From Octopus bimaculoides (taxonomy: Eukaryota), in contig NC_068992.1 in assembly GCF_001194135.2 (NCBI RefSeq), forward strand, positions 67,196,105-67,260,104: a stretch of 64,000 nucleotides of DNA, written 5' to 3'. Under the pieces are notes generated by a model. That model searched no databases, was not told the origin of the DNA, and saw nothing but the letters and a program-made list of their open reading frames with translations. The position numbers and the translations under genes are program-made. Below, piece after piece: positions 1-13,290 of the stretch. The number at the start of each line of letters is the position of its first letter. Positions within the stretch are counted from its first letter, which is position 1.

Positions 1-521
1 ATATATATATATATAAATCAAAATAAAAAATGGAACAAGAACGTAACAGGTGACAAGAAAACATACGAACAGTAGGTGATACAAAAAAGGACAGGAAAGA
101 ACAAGGGCGGGTCATTCGGAGCTGTCAATCTTTGGTCGAAGCAGATCGTCTTTGCAGTTTCGGTCGGTTAAACGCAGACTGCTCCAATCAGGCAGGCCCC
201 TAGGAAATCTAAGCTAAAAGCACTATATTTTTCGGCAGAAAGTAAGCTAATATATACGAAAACAAGGACGAAAAAATATGGAGAGATGGTGCACAATTAC
301 AAATACAAACAACTGGGCATTAACAACAAGTGTGTTTCGACTAGGGACGAATTAAAATAAGGTGGCGTGTGTGGAAGTGAAACCTTACGGCAGGAACATA
401 GATAAGAGTCATGGGAAGATATACGAGAGATGCTACACTGATGGTAGTCAAATCCCAAAAGAAAGGTCAGGCTTGGCTGAACAACTGTCACGTGGAAGGA
501 AAGGAGACAGGTAGTGGGTAG

Positions 522-600
<79 letters not shown>

Positions 601-619
601 CATTTGTGAGTTTAAATGG

Positions 620-1450
620 ATATATTATGCGGGAGGATATCATGATAGCTCTTAGTTGTGTTCCCGGTAAGGTATTTAAGGTCTAAGACTACTAGGTGTT
701 GGCACTTGTAACCCACGCTGTAAATTCCTCCGACGGATAATTCTATGTTCGCTTCGCTGGATGGTAATATTATCCCATTAAAGGGAATATTGATAATGGT
801 AAACCGGGTGAAAGGACAGGAATAGTTAATAGCAGAAAAGACTGGAACACTAGCATCAACATTACACACTGTGTAGCGGGGGTGGTAATACAGTAAGGAG
901 CAGCAATCAAGGTAAGACAACTTCGACACAAGCCTATACCTCCACAAGATAGGTCACGGGAATCGCTAAAAATAGCATCTTACAAACACCTATAAATAGA
1001 AAGCTTAGGAGAAATGGTAAATTGATAAAAATGAGGGTAGCAGAAACATGTAGTAGGAACTACAAACCAAGAGATAATAGTAACGGGGGAATTAGGTCTG
1101 TGTAATTGTGCTAGGAATAATGTATGCCCCATAAACTCTAGATGTTTGACGAAGAGCCTAATGTACCGATGCAAATTCACTTCTGAGGAAAGGACGTACT
1201 TCTATATAGGGGACAGCTAGCTAAATTAGAAAACAAAAAAGAGTATCTAATCATTCAAATTCATTTAGAGATAGAAGTAAGAAGAACAGAAGCTTAAGCA
1301 AACTAAGATTTAGCACAGAGTGGGTGATAACTAGTACCACTAAGCCGTATCAAACAAGAGGAAACAGATGTGAGTTATATATAGAAGAGATGTACCAAAT
1401 CTTTACATCGAAATACAAATTACTTAATAGCAGGCGGGGATAGGCCTTCA
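620..1450 (+). mobile_element. Degenerate Penelope-like retroelement fragment (GIY-YIG endonuclease region)
   Basis: From 1101 the + frame reads CNCARNNVCPINSRCLTKSLMYRCKFTSEERTYFYIG; from 1321 WVITSTTKPYQTRGNRCEL. This fits the PLE CNC..CP..CL..VY..YIG...W.I....PY...RC.LC pattern, with stops. The left boundary is approximate. Confidence 0.75.
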
Positions 1451-3049
1451 GATGCTTTCATAAACATACCAAAACATTTAAGAAATTTAACACACGTTCT
1501 AGATAACTCAATATCCAGACTACATATGGGTGAGGTGGGTAGAAGCACATAACGTAAACTTCCCAAATACATGGTCTTTTTTTTAACTAACGTAGTATAT
1601 ATTTTCTCTCCTCTCTACTACCCAGCATAAATACCACAGTCACGAAAATATCTGAATAACTAAGAACAGTATATATAAGTGAACCAGCGTAAAATAAAAT
1701 ACATTACAAGAACTATAATTGAAAGTAAGCTTATTAAGTTCCTATCTACTACAGTACACAAAGAAGACTGCCAAAATAGGAACATAAACGTTTAGCGAAT
1801 TAGATATAACCTGACTTTGGTTAGCAACCGGTGTGAAACTGAGAGATCGACCACACTAGTTTATAAACAGAGCAGATTTTATATTCAAAACAAACCTCCC
1901 CTCACTTCCCTCTCAAACATAACAAATAAACAGCTAGTTGATTTCAGTTCGATTCGAGCCAAGCTGGTTGAAAGACTGAACGTAGCTGCTCAGGAAATTA
2001 TGCCCAGTTGCATATGAAACAGCACATATTATCATATTTGCCGTGGAAACTCATGTAGGTAGCCGTAACGTTACTAATATGGTGTATGACATTGGAAAAT
2101 AAAAGGAAATAAGTTTTGACGATATACCTGTTTCCATATTCTTTATCATTATAATTGTGTATATATATATATATATATNNNNNNNNNNNNNNNNNNNNNN
2201 NNNNNNNNNNNNNNNNNNNNNNTATATATTATGTATGTATGTATGTATGTATGTATGTGTGTATGTATATATAATGATGTAAATGTTATAATCTATATTT
2301 GAGAACATGGTTTCCAGCTAACATTCTCATTATTAGTTAGAATTAATGGAAGCTGAGAGTTTTAAAGAATACAGAATATAACCACGATATAATGAGTACA
2401 AATCGTAGATAGTATTTAGAAGGCTGCTTTTTAATTAGTTTGAGTTTTGTAACTTTTACTAAAAGTAAGCAATTATTAAATTCTCTACGGTGTAAGAAAT
2501 TCTTATAAATGTCAGGTGTAATATATTTTAAAAAATAAAATGCGGTTTCAAAAGTTGCTTTATTATTGAATATTTCAACGTCACAATTTAATGAGTAAAG
2601 CAATTTTGCTCACTGCAGCACAATGGTTGTTAAGGTCTTTGTTTCTACTTCAGAAAATATAAATGTTGCCTAAATATTTGTAACGCTACTTTCTACTGAC
2701 ATATGAGTAAAAACATTACTCCTATTATAAGTTTAATCCAGCGCCAGCCAAATCATGTTGATTCCAGTATTCTTTCATATCAGTTCAATGTCGTTGAAGA
2801 AATAGAAAGCTGAATAAGTAAAGTGGTTTTAATTTATTTACGTCAATTATACCAAATGTAAGTCAACAAAATACCTGAATTCTTCATAAATTCGAACGCT
2901 GGTTTTGAGTGCATGGTATTATTCTAAATTTAGTTTACTCGGCGACTGACGATTATTAAATGAATAAATGACATAAAAAAAGAAAATTAGACGTAAATAC
3001 CAGAAAAATTACACTAATTGGAAATGTCTAAATATTATTTAGCGACGAA

Positions 3050-3084
3050 GAGAAAACCGCCTTCAGGGCGGTCTTTCTGCTAGT
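3050..3084 (+). mobile_element. Possible Helitron 3' terminus
   Basis: GC-rich hairpin accgcc-ttcag-ggcggt followed 7 nt later by CTAG|T. No Rep/helicase sequence seen. Confidence 0.35.
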
Positions 3085-3706
3085 GCTATGGAATAATCGC
3101 AGAAAAAAATATAATGCAAATTCTCTTAAAGAGAGGTGAGCGTCGGAAATGAAAGGTTCAACGAAAACAAAAGACTTATGAAGTGATATTTCCTAAATCT
3201 TAGTTTAAGAAATCTGAAAATTATATTGTGTGAGAAAATTATATGAACCGTTACACTCATATTACTAGGGAAAATAATTATATTAATCCATTGGCAGAGT
3301 GGGGTGGGCAGTCAGTAATTAACTTACGAACTATTCTTTGAACGTACTGAAGACAGATCTCAGGTGTTTGTACGGAATTAAGAAGAGCAAGGTGGGGCAG
3401 GAAGAGCAGGGGCCAAGTTGCTACGGATAACAGGAACAAGTAATGCTTAATGTGTTTATTCCACTTCCACAGCAATCTAATTCTTTAACTTTGTCCTTCC
3501 TTAATCCAATCCCTCCATTCCTTCCCTCTTTCTTTCCTTCCTCCTTTGCTTTTCTTTCTTCCCTCCCTTCAGATGGTCACACTAGGCAGAGATTAGTTTT
3601 CTCTTATTAGTCTAGCGAAGATCAAAATTTTCGAAGCACACCAGTGAACTTATAAACGAATGCTGGAATGAAAATACTACGCACACACAGGCACACACAC
3701 ACACAC

Positions 3707-3747
<41 letters not shown>

Positions 3748-4554
3748 NNNNNNNNNNNNNNNNNNNNNNNNNNNNNNNNNNNNNNNNNNNNNNNNNNNNN
3801 NNNNNNNNNNNNNNNNNNNNNNNNNNNNNNNNNNNNNNNNNNNNNNNNNNNNNNNNNNNNNNNNNNNNNNNNNNNNNNNNNNNNNNNNNNNNNNNNNNNN
3901 NNNNNNNNNNNNNNNNNNNNNNNNNNNNNNNNNNNNNNNNNNNNNNNNNNNNNNNNNNNNNNNNNNNNNNNNNNNNNNNNNNNNNNNNNNNNNNNNNNNN
4001 NNNNNNNNNNNNNNNNNNNNNNNNNNNNNNNNNNNNNNNNNNNNNNNNNNNNNNNNNNNNNNNNNNNNNNNNNNNNNNNNNNNNNNNNNNNNNNNNNNNN
4101 NNNNNNNNNNNNNNNNNNNNNNNNNNNNNNNNNNNNNNNNNNNNNNNNNNNNNNNNNNNNNNNNNNNNNNNNNNNNNNNNNNNNNNNNNNNNNNNNNNNN
4201 NNNNNNNNNNNNNNNNNNNNNNNNNNNNNNNNNNNNNNNNNNNNNNNNNNNNNNNNNNNNNNNNNNNNNNNNNNNNNNNNNNNNNNNNNNNNNNNNNNNN
4301 NNNNNNNNNNNTACATAAGTATATAGATACGCAAGATATGTTACAAACACAGTGTTTTATAAAAGGTCAAACGATTTGAACATGAGCGTAAATTGGTTTC
4401 TTCGTCACAGAAAAATTTTATGTTAAAATATGGATATTGAAAGGAACAACAACTACTACTACTGGAACTGCTGCTGGTACTGCTCCTACTACTAGCAGAT
4501 AGCTACACCACCATCAACAACAACACTAGCAATAATAATAATAATCCTTTTTAT

Positions 4555-4820
4555 TATGGACCCAAGGTGTGAAATTTTGAAGGACTGGAGTAGTCGATTA
4601 CATCGATCTCAGTGTTCAACTAGTATTCTGCCAGTTCGCAGAAGAATGATAAGAAGAATGGTTTCAAATTTAGGCCAGCAATACCGGGGAAGGGGTAAGT
4701 CGATTACATCGATCTCCAGTTCTCAATTCGTACTGATTTTATCGACCCTGAAATGATAAAAGGCAAAGTCGACCTCGGCAGAATTTGAACTCAGAACGAA
4801 AAGGTGGACAAAATGCCGTT
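4555..4820 (-). mobile_element. tRNA-derived SINE family A copy with partial internal duplication
   Basis: Shares gtcgattacatcga...ttatcgacc...aggcaaagtcgacctcggcagaatttgaactcagaac with other copies in the window. The minus strand carries B-box GAGTTCAAATTC. Confidence 0.8.
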
Positions 4821-5689
4821 TTGATGCATCAACTTTATCTTTGGATATACCTTCATTAATACTAACAAAACAAATATTTTTTATTAATATTATGGGGATC
4901 TAATTCAATCACCATTATAACTAGGTGATCCCTAATTTCACCTTACCTCTAGTAGTATTACGCCCACTATACCTGAAGATCTTCATTCATTTTTGCATCT
5001 ACACCATCATAACACTCATCGCCCCTACTCCTGCCATCGTTGATTCCTGGCTAGTGCTAGGGGTCAGTTAGACGATGAAAGTTTCTCATATCTGCTATTC
5101 TTCCTCCATTTATCTATCTGTCTATGAATATGCAGCGCCTAACCTCTTTCGAATGGCATACCATTAATATACTATCTACTTCTGTACATCTATTCCATAT
5201 TTCCTCCATTCTTTAGTAAATTATTCCTACTCAACACTCATTCACTCTCTATTCAAGAATGGACCTAGTAACTTCCACTATATCTTAGCATGGGTTATCA
5301 TCGAACATTCTCGTTTGAAACTGCTAATGGACATTGCCCATAACTTTACCAATTATTTGATCATGGAACTGCGTAACAAATACCTATTTTACTGTGATCT
5401 TTCCTTCACGTTTGACGAATTGGAATATACTTGTACCCTCCATTGGGGATAATTCCTAATTTTTGCATTTTTCTGACTTCTCCCTCACTGATGATCGCTT
5501 AATCAGATCATGGAATCCTTACTCAGTGTCATGATCCACATACTTGGCTATTCTAGAAACAGTTGTAAGAAACTCGATCCTTATATTCTCTATCTAAATT
5601 AAATATTTTTTTCATGTGATGCCAAATGTTTTGCTTTTTCATCTTTTATTTTAATCTATCTATCTATTTATGAGTGTGTATGTGTGTGT

Positions 5690-5810
5690 ATACATCTATC
5701 TGTGTGTCTGTCTGCCTGCCTGCCCGCCTACCTACCTACCTACCTACCTACCTACCTACCTACCTACCTACCTACCTACCTACCTATCTCTCTGTCTGTC
5801 TGTCTGTCTC
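5690..5810. repeat. Compound tetranucleotide microsatellite (CCTG/CCTA/TCTG)
   Basis: Direct reading. Confidence 0.95.
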
Positions 5811-6210
5811 TCGGTTGAACTTCAAATTCTTAGCAACTTTCATTCTTTTTACTATAGCACTTGTTAAAAATTCTTCAGTTCGCCATAAACGTTTACAATT
5901 CCGCAAACAATTGTTCGCTGGAAAATAAATATTTATTTTGTTTTTATTTAAATGTCGTAGATTGTACATACAATACATTTTGGTTTTTAAACACCTACAG
6001 ATTGTCTAAATATACTAAAGATGGGAATATATATTTATTAAAACAAAAGCGCAGTTTGTTGTTAGAAATACATCTTGTTAAATGTCAGCTGACGTGAAGA
6101 TCAACGGTACTTAGTTAATTCGTCAACATTAATTTCGCAGAGATTCTGTTAATGCATTCTAAAGTCAAAGAATCCAGAATATTTCTTATGTAAGTTCACT
6201 TTCAAGAGAG

Positions 6211-6240
6211 ACAACAACAACAACTACTACTACTACTACC

Positions 6241-6313
<73 letters not shown>

Positions 6314-6349
6314 ATAATAATAATAATAATAATAACAATAATAATAATA
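6211..6349. repeat. Compound trinucleotide microsatellite (ACA/ACT/ACC/ACT/AAT)
   Basis: Direct reading. It is the source of the spurious poly-L/poly-V ORF. Confidence 0.97.
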
Positions 6350-6859
6350 CGAAATCAACAGAGCGGACTATATACGGACGAAAACAACCTAGCAAATGTT
6401 AGGAAGGATATCTTCAGATATAAAAGACTCGCAGATAGTGAAATAACTGCCATTAAGCACGCATCGGAAAATGACCAAAATATAAAACAGAAAGGAAATG
6501 AAGAACCAGACAAAGAGAGCAACTCTCCACGAATCTCAATTGAAAGATTATTATTTCACATCTGTGTTACGCAGGTGTGTGTACAAGTGATCTCCTGGCT
6601 TCACATGGCGTTGATAGCTTATTGCATTCTATCAAATGTACATTATTCGTTCAGTTCATGGAAAAAATTCAACGAACCGCCTGGCCTTGTTTTTGTGTTA
6701 TCCGTTCAATAGATGATTTTCATATATTTCTTATTTGATAATTTCAAATATAATTCTTCGATGCCTCATCCAAAAGCATACTCTTGCAACTAAAGATACA
6801 GGTAGGTACTGCCTCGGTTATATAACGTGAAACTGATTTAGGTCAACGACAATCTTTTT

Positions 6860-7081
6860 TAATTTCTTAACATTTAAACCATATCCAGCCAAAATGTTCT
6901 ACTTGTTTTAAGTTCAAATTGGCCCGATTCATGCCTTCACGTCTACCGTAAAGTGTTAGTCTAAAAGTAAAGAATCACATCATCAAAATCCCCAAATTAC
7001 AAGATAATGCAGGATAAACTAAAAATGCTGTGAATAAATAAGCTTTACATTTGACAATAATCTGAATGCTAAGGGGTTAAA
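6860..7081. mobile_element. Possible piggyBac-type MITE relic
   Basis: Ends in ...gaatgctaaggggTTAA (reverse complement TTAA-CCCCTT). A second aaggggttaa occurs near 7159-7168. The left end is degenerate. Confidence 0.35.
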
Positions 7082-8509
7082 CAGAACCTAGACTCTAATC
7101 TGGTCCGTGAAATCGGCTTTCCATAATCTCACTTGTTAATCTGAGTTTCCTCAGCGTCAAGGGGTTAAACATATGTAGCAGTGGCCATAATACAAGTCTT
7201 CCAGATCGATCAACCTGGATCAGTCCTGTGCCACACCTTGACAGCTACTTCAGATGGAACAATTCGTAAGCCTAAGCCACAAAGAAATGAATACTTTTCT
7301 TTCCGACTCAGTGATGCAAACCTAATATGTTCAGCGTTTTCTCCTATATAATGAAACAGCCACATAAGTTGAGACGATACAATATACATACATTCTGGAA
7401 AGCGAAATTATGATGGTCAACGCAGTTTTATTAACAAAAGGGAAATGAAATAACTTCAATAACTATTACATTCGAAATTATTGCATTCTAGTTTTCGTAC
7501 ATCTTTTAGCCTTTGCTCTACAACGTCCTTTAGATGATGTTGTTTCTTGCTTTTTCTGTCCCGGAGAATAATATTACAACAATGAAAGTAGATATAACCA
7601 CAAAGTGACGATGAGAATTTATGATTTTTTGCTCTATATTTCTTTCAATAATTCACTATTGGAACATACTAATTCGTTGAGCTTTGAAGAAAATAAATAA
7701 ATAATTTTATAACTGCATCCTAACAAACGTCACTAAGTAATTGTCTGGACTAATCGCTGAAAGAAATTTTGTCTGATAAATATAAATATAAACGTTATTA
7801 GATATAACATAAAGTTCAATTAACATCAAAAGTAGGTATCTGTAATAGGCCGACAGAAATATGTTATTGGCTTCGCTGCTGAGGTTGGACGCTGTGAGGA
7901 CGAAACTTTATTACAAACATTCATATAAAATTGCATCGCTTCGTTTGCTAAATGATTACAAAACATTCAGCTTATGTAAACAAAAAATGTAATTAAAAAG
8001 TTCCAGACGCAATTCCTGTTAGTTGCAGAAGAGAATATAATATCGAATAACTGCTGCCACATAAATGGGTCTATCTTTTACACTCTCACACACATCCACG
8101 CACCCAGACTTACATGCATACACACACAGAGACATATATATATATATATATATATATANNNNNNNNNNNNNNNNNNNNNNNNNNNNNNNNNNNNNNNNNN
8201 NNNNNNNNNNNNNNNNNNNNNNNNNNNNNNNNNNNNNNNNNNNNNNNNNNNNNNNNNNNNNNNNNNNNNNNNNNNNNNNNNNNNNNNNNNNNNNNNNNNN
8301 NNNNNNNNNNNNNNNNNNNNNNNNNNNNNNNNNNNNNNNNNNNNNNNNNNNNNNNNNNNNNNNNNNNNNNNNNNNNNNNNNNNNNNNNNNNNNNNNNNNN
8401 NNNNNNNNNNNNNNNNNNNNNNNNNNNNNNNNNNNNNNNNNNNNNNNNNNNNNNNNNNNNNNNNNNNNNAGAGAGAGAGAGAGACAGACAGACAGAGACA
8501 GACATAGAG

Positions 8510-8605
8510 AGAAGGGGAGTTGTACGCCCATCAACCGCCACCAATAACGTGAAAATTTTACAAGCTCGGGAGATGGTTGAGGCGAAACAACGAGTAACCA
8601 TCAAT
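8510..8605 (+). mobile_element. Mariner transposase fragment (HTH linker)
   Basis: Translates RRGVVRPSTATNNVKILQAREMVEAKQRVTI, resembling mariner RSGRPST...V..MI..DRR.T. Confidence 0.55.
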
Positions 8606-8759
8606 TACATGCTGTGTTCTCTGATTATCTGTCTGACTGACTGACTGTCTGTCTATCTACCTATCTACCTATCTATCTATCTGTCTCTCTGTCTGTCTGT
8701 CTGTGTGAATTGGTGCATTATCATCCTGAACGATTGCGTTTCCCTCCGGCGACAGTTCC

Positions 8760-9170
8760 TCACCCATAGGATGAATTTGATCAGATAAAATGCTTAAATA
8801 GTATTGTCTCGCTAAATGTAGGACTAGGCATGCCGTGGTTAATGATGCGCAGACATGTGCTAAGACATCTCCGGCGCTTCATAGACGAAACCGTTCTGCA
8901 CGCACTCGTGCAGTGTCCAACCATTTTGGACCTGTGGGCTCATACCGAACGGCTGCTGTCACGTGTGGGACGAGTCCGCGTGTCTGCCGAGTCTATCGTG
9001 ACAATTGCTCCGCCGCCTTCCTTCAACCGGAAAGGCAAGACAGTCTTCATTGTACTGGTGGCCATGGTGAAAGAATATGTGTGGTGGTCTCGAGCGAAAG
9101 GATTAGAGACAAACACTTAACTCTCTGTATACTCGGCCGGTAGTCGGAAATAAGGTAAAGGATGACTCAT
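8760..9170 (+). mobile_element. Tx1/L1-like LINE ORF2 C-terminal fragment
   Basis: DETVLHALVQCPTILDLWAH (CCHC-type knuckle remnant) followed by VFIVLVAMVKEYVWWSR. GC-richer than the flanks. Confidence 0.7.
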
Positions 9171-10399
9171 CCGAGAAAATAACATTCTTCAACTACTGTA
9201 TGGACCAATTCTATAGGTGTTTATATACATGTGTGTGTGTACAACCAGGTCCATTATCAAATCCCGCGAACCATTTCATTTACTTACTAGCTGGTTCTTT
9301 TTGTTTTCCCCCCTGACAATGTTGCTTGTTTGATAATGTTTTATATAGCTGATCTTTTTGTTTTTCAATAGAGACGTTGTTTTCATATTCCAGCATCAAC
9401 TCTGTTTTCGCATTGACGCACTCAAATTACAGTCCAAAATAAAATGTGATGTTTAACTATTATTATTATTATAGATGTCTTACATTGGCTCCGGGACAAA
9501 TAGAAGGGAGAGATCAATTTTATTCAATGAATTATTAATAAAATACTCAAACAATAAACAAAATGAAAGGGGAGAAGTTCCCGTCAAACTACGGCTCAAT
9601 AACCTTCCTAAAATTTTAACTTATTATTCTTATTATTATTATTATTATTATAAAATGTCTGGAAGTACTTAATTTAGCTATTTGTGAGGGAATCTTGGCA
9701 AAATCGACTGCGGCGAGACTTTAATTGAAATTGCAATTATATAGAGGAAGGCATTTAGTCCAACATTATAATTATTCTGCCATCCGGGGACTTCCAGAAT
9801 AATTAATAGTATTAATAATTAGTTATCGATAGTGAAGTAGTTATGAAGATATATAAAATCACAATTTGGTAGGTTGAACGTTTTGCATATTAGAAAAAAA
9901 TTTCTATGGAATAAACTGTTGCTTTATCGTTATAGTTTAGATATTGAGAACGTGATTGTAACAGTAATTTCCAGAACAACTAGCAAGCAGTTTCAGCCTC
10001 TGAATGATCTGCTACGTCTTATTTCAACCTGTTATTAATAAATCGATGCCATGACAGGAGAGAATACATCCATTAAATTAGATTTAGTTGCATACGAAAT
10101 TTACGATATCAAGAAGATAATTTTGCTGGTCACAGAACACAAAAGCTTAACTCAGGATTTCTATTAAGATTACATCTCAACATTCCGTATGGTGATGGTG
10201 AGTTGTAATCATTGAAACCAAAACCATGCATAGGAACAGGAATAATGTTTAGAACATATTTATTGGAAGTATCTATTGAAGTTCAATTCTGAATAGAAAA
10301 ACAACTTTTGTTTCGTTCTGAAGATCAGGAGTAAAACATGAATAAAATAAAATATAAGTTGTATTTCCCAGTCATCGGGATTTGGAGGTCTCATTAGCG

Positions 10400-10920
10400 G
10401 AGTCACAGGCGATTTTCGTCCGACAATTTAGAAACTGGCGAAAGTGTTGAGATCAGCACATTTAAGGCATTCCTCGTTAGTGTATGTCTGTCTCGGTAGA
10501 AAAAAGAAGACTGATGTCTCGAGGTGATGGTCCTATTTTTGACTTCATCGAAGAGTATTTTGTTATCGTTTAGATCAGCACCAGTCCATGTCCGCTTGTC
10601 CTCTTCATCCACTAAATGTTTTCCATTGCATTGAATTTATTTTGCGTTGTTTTCTTTGTCTTGCAGCTGTTATTCTTCCCATGCTTCATGCTCTTGCTTG
10701 ATGAGGCTGGGGTCATCCCAGGTTAGTGGTCCCAGAGGCGTCATCATGCGTAGAGGCGACCAGGTCGACCAGTGCACGCCAACGCTGGCGGTCCCATGCC
10801 ATCCTCTCTGCATTTTCCAAGATGATGTCAAACCTCTGGAGATCTTCCCATGGAAGTTCATATCATTTGATGTTGTCAGAGTGAAATTGACTCAACGATG
10901 TTTAAGACGAACCGGTTTAT
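10400..10920 (-). mobile_element. RTE-like LINE 3' relic(s)
   Basis: The minus frame near 10750-10830 reads LENAERMAWDRQRWRALVDLV, matching the RTE ORF tail pattern A.DR..WR.LV. Confidence 0.6.
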
Positions 10921-11736
10921 AATTAATTTTTTACGGAGCCATTTGAGGCCCGTGAAGAGTGAAAGATTTTCGCCCGATTTCGTTAAATAACTGCAAAACC
11001 AATGTTCATCCTGCCAAAATCAGTCCTCTTTTCCCGCCAAGACCTACCGAGTGAGGATTTCCTGCAAACACCTTGGGCTGCAAAAACATTGATGGAAGAT
11101 TTGAAAGAAAACAATCGCGTTCTTTTTATCTCATACAAATTATAAAATTAACTTTCCAAATGCAATTATTACTCTCACAAACGAAATCATAAATTTAGTT
11201 TATAAACGAATTAGTCAATTCCACCTAGAAGCACATCGTGGTGTCTTAATAAAACTGTCCCCAATTAATAGTTTGTTGAGTAGATAACAAACGAAAAAGA
11301 AGGTGTCATATATTTTGTTGTCTACGTGATTGCTACTTGCAGGATACAGAAAAGTGCTTTCAAATCTAGCATTAGGCTAACAATTTCGGGGGATACATAA
11401 AGTTGATACCAGTAATACATTAAGGGAAATTATTGAAGTGACCTATTTTCTACTACAATTATGGGGTTGATTTTTCAGGAACGGTTTATTCTTCGACTGA
11501 ATACATGGTGATTGCATTTGTCATTTCTCTAATTTGATATTTATTTTCAAAATCTTTATCATCGATAAAGAAATTGTCTTTTATTGTGGAGTTAAATTTA
11601 TTGACTTCATATCTTTCATTATCTAAAAAAAAAAGTCCAAATTATGGAGTTCTTTCTATAATTTATTTTAAAATACTTAACTTACACCAAAATACTAACT
11701 TGTCTTCATATTGTGGTATTTGTGTTTTAATTACAG

Positions 11737-11804
11737 TTCGATGAATTATGGAGCTATTGGTGTGGTGATTGGTCATGAGATAACACACGGCTTTGATGAC
11801 AGGG
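11737..11804 (+). CDS. M13 peptidase (neprilysin/ECE-like) internal exon with zinc-binding HExxH motif
   Basis: ttacag|T TCG ATG AAT...GAC AGG G|gtaaga. Translates [22 protein letters not shown](G), the M13 signature. 68 nt, phase 2 to 1. Confidence 0.97.
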
Positions 11805-12204
11805 GTAAGATTTCATTATATCCATGTGACTTGTTATATATGTCTAGTTCTTTACTCAAATAAATAAGACAAAAGAAAAAAAAACATAAGGAAAATGTAA
11901 GCACGAACACATACAGGCATATACTCACACCACACACGCACATACACACACACCCATACACACACATATGCACACACGCGCACACACACACAAATAGAAA
12001 GGAACTTTATATATAACATAAATATGTTTACATACAAGCACGCACACATACACACTTAGAATAGTATGGAGTTTTGTATATGATATATACATGTTCTACA
12101 TGTATGCACAAAAACACACACTTAAAACAGAACAGAGTTTTATAAACATATTCTACATACACGCTCTCACATTCTCTCTCTTTTCTCTCTTTTCTCACTC
12201 TCTC

Positions 12205-12236
<32 letters not shown>

Positions 12237-12238
12237 AT

Positions 12239-12269
<31 letters not shown>

Positions 12270-13290
12270 ACACTAGTTGCTGTTTAGTTGGTTGTTAGCT
12301 AAACTCCAATTGAGGAAACTTGTAATGGAAGCTGTTCACACTTTTGCCCTGCCCATCTATTTCAGGTACAGCTTCTTTGTAACATGTCAAATATAGCCTT
12401 TTTGTTTTGAGAAGGTAAAATCTTAATCCTGGCTGTTATTTTCAACAGGTTGAGTGACCGTGAAGAATACTTACTAGCTGGGTCTTAGTTTGTTTTATTA
12501 TTTTGCCCCTCAGAGACAAAATATTGTTAGAACCCCGACTTTACAAGAATTGCTGGACCAAACTGAAGGAATCGTAAAAGCTGCAATATTCAAAACAGAG
12601 AAGATATTTCTACGTTTGCACTGCAACATGGGAAGGGCAGGTAATAATGTTAGCTTAGCTAACAATGAGACTTACCGGTTAGAGCTTTCTTTGGATCTGC
12701 TGAAAGATCCTTTATAAAGCTTATTTTAACAACAAGAGAAAGGAAGGGGAAGTTTGCCAACGGTATATTTATTTATTCACAACCTCGATCTGTTCATAAT
12801 CTTGTAATGGAACGAGTCAACCATCGCGCGATCTATATGTGAAGGGAGATAACTCTATGTAACTTTATCTTGCGGGATAGAAAACGTAAAATGACGTTCA
12901 GTCGAGTTCAACTCACCTGAAAGATCTTATGCTCGTTTCCAAAATAATATCGATCTATTGAAACAGATAAAGTCTGACATAACTCTTACTGCAAATAACC
13001 GACGGCAGTGGCAGTAAGGAGCAACATAAGGAGAACATATGAAACACTCACAATTTGACAAACGCTGTCTTTACGCGAGATTGGTTCGAAGCAGTATGAT
13101 ATCGATTACACCGACAATCGCCCCTGTATCAAATTGAATCACATGAGACCAGAGTTCAGATCAGAGGGATTCGTGCTATTAAAGGAATGATGTTACATTT
13201 CGCAGTTTATATTCAATTTTCTAAACCATCAGTTTGTAGAGATATTTTTTCATAATACAGTTCTATATTTTTAAGTGATGAGGAATTATG

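Noticed and set aside
140-200. Hammerhead-like CTGAT...GACCGAAAC on the minus strand
   Set aside because: The core is CTGATTGGA, there is no GUH triplet after GAAAC, and there is no stem I.
4980-5560. Possible Penelope RT remnant on the minus strand
   Set aside because: Only vague motif echoes with frameshifts; not supportable without an HMM search.
7875-7912. gtgaggacgaaac resembling a hammerhead 3' half
   Set aside because: No complementary GTCC for stem II and no CUGANGA in register; chance match.
12515-12641. AG/GT-flanked open stretch RQNIVRTPTLQ... as the missing M13 exon
   Set aside because: Wrong phase (hits a stop when joined to the phase-1 donor) and lacks the WW, C and QY motifs.
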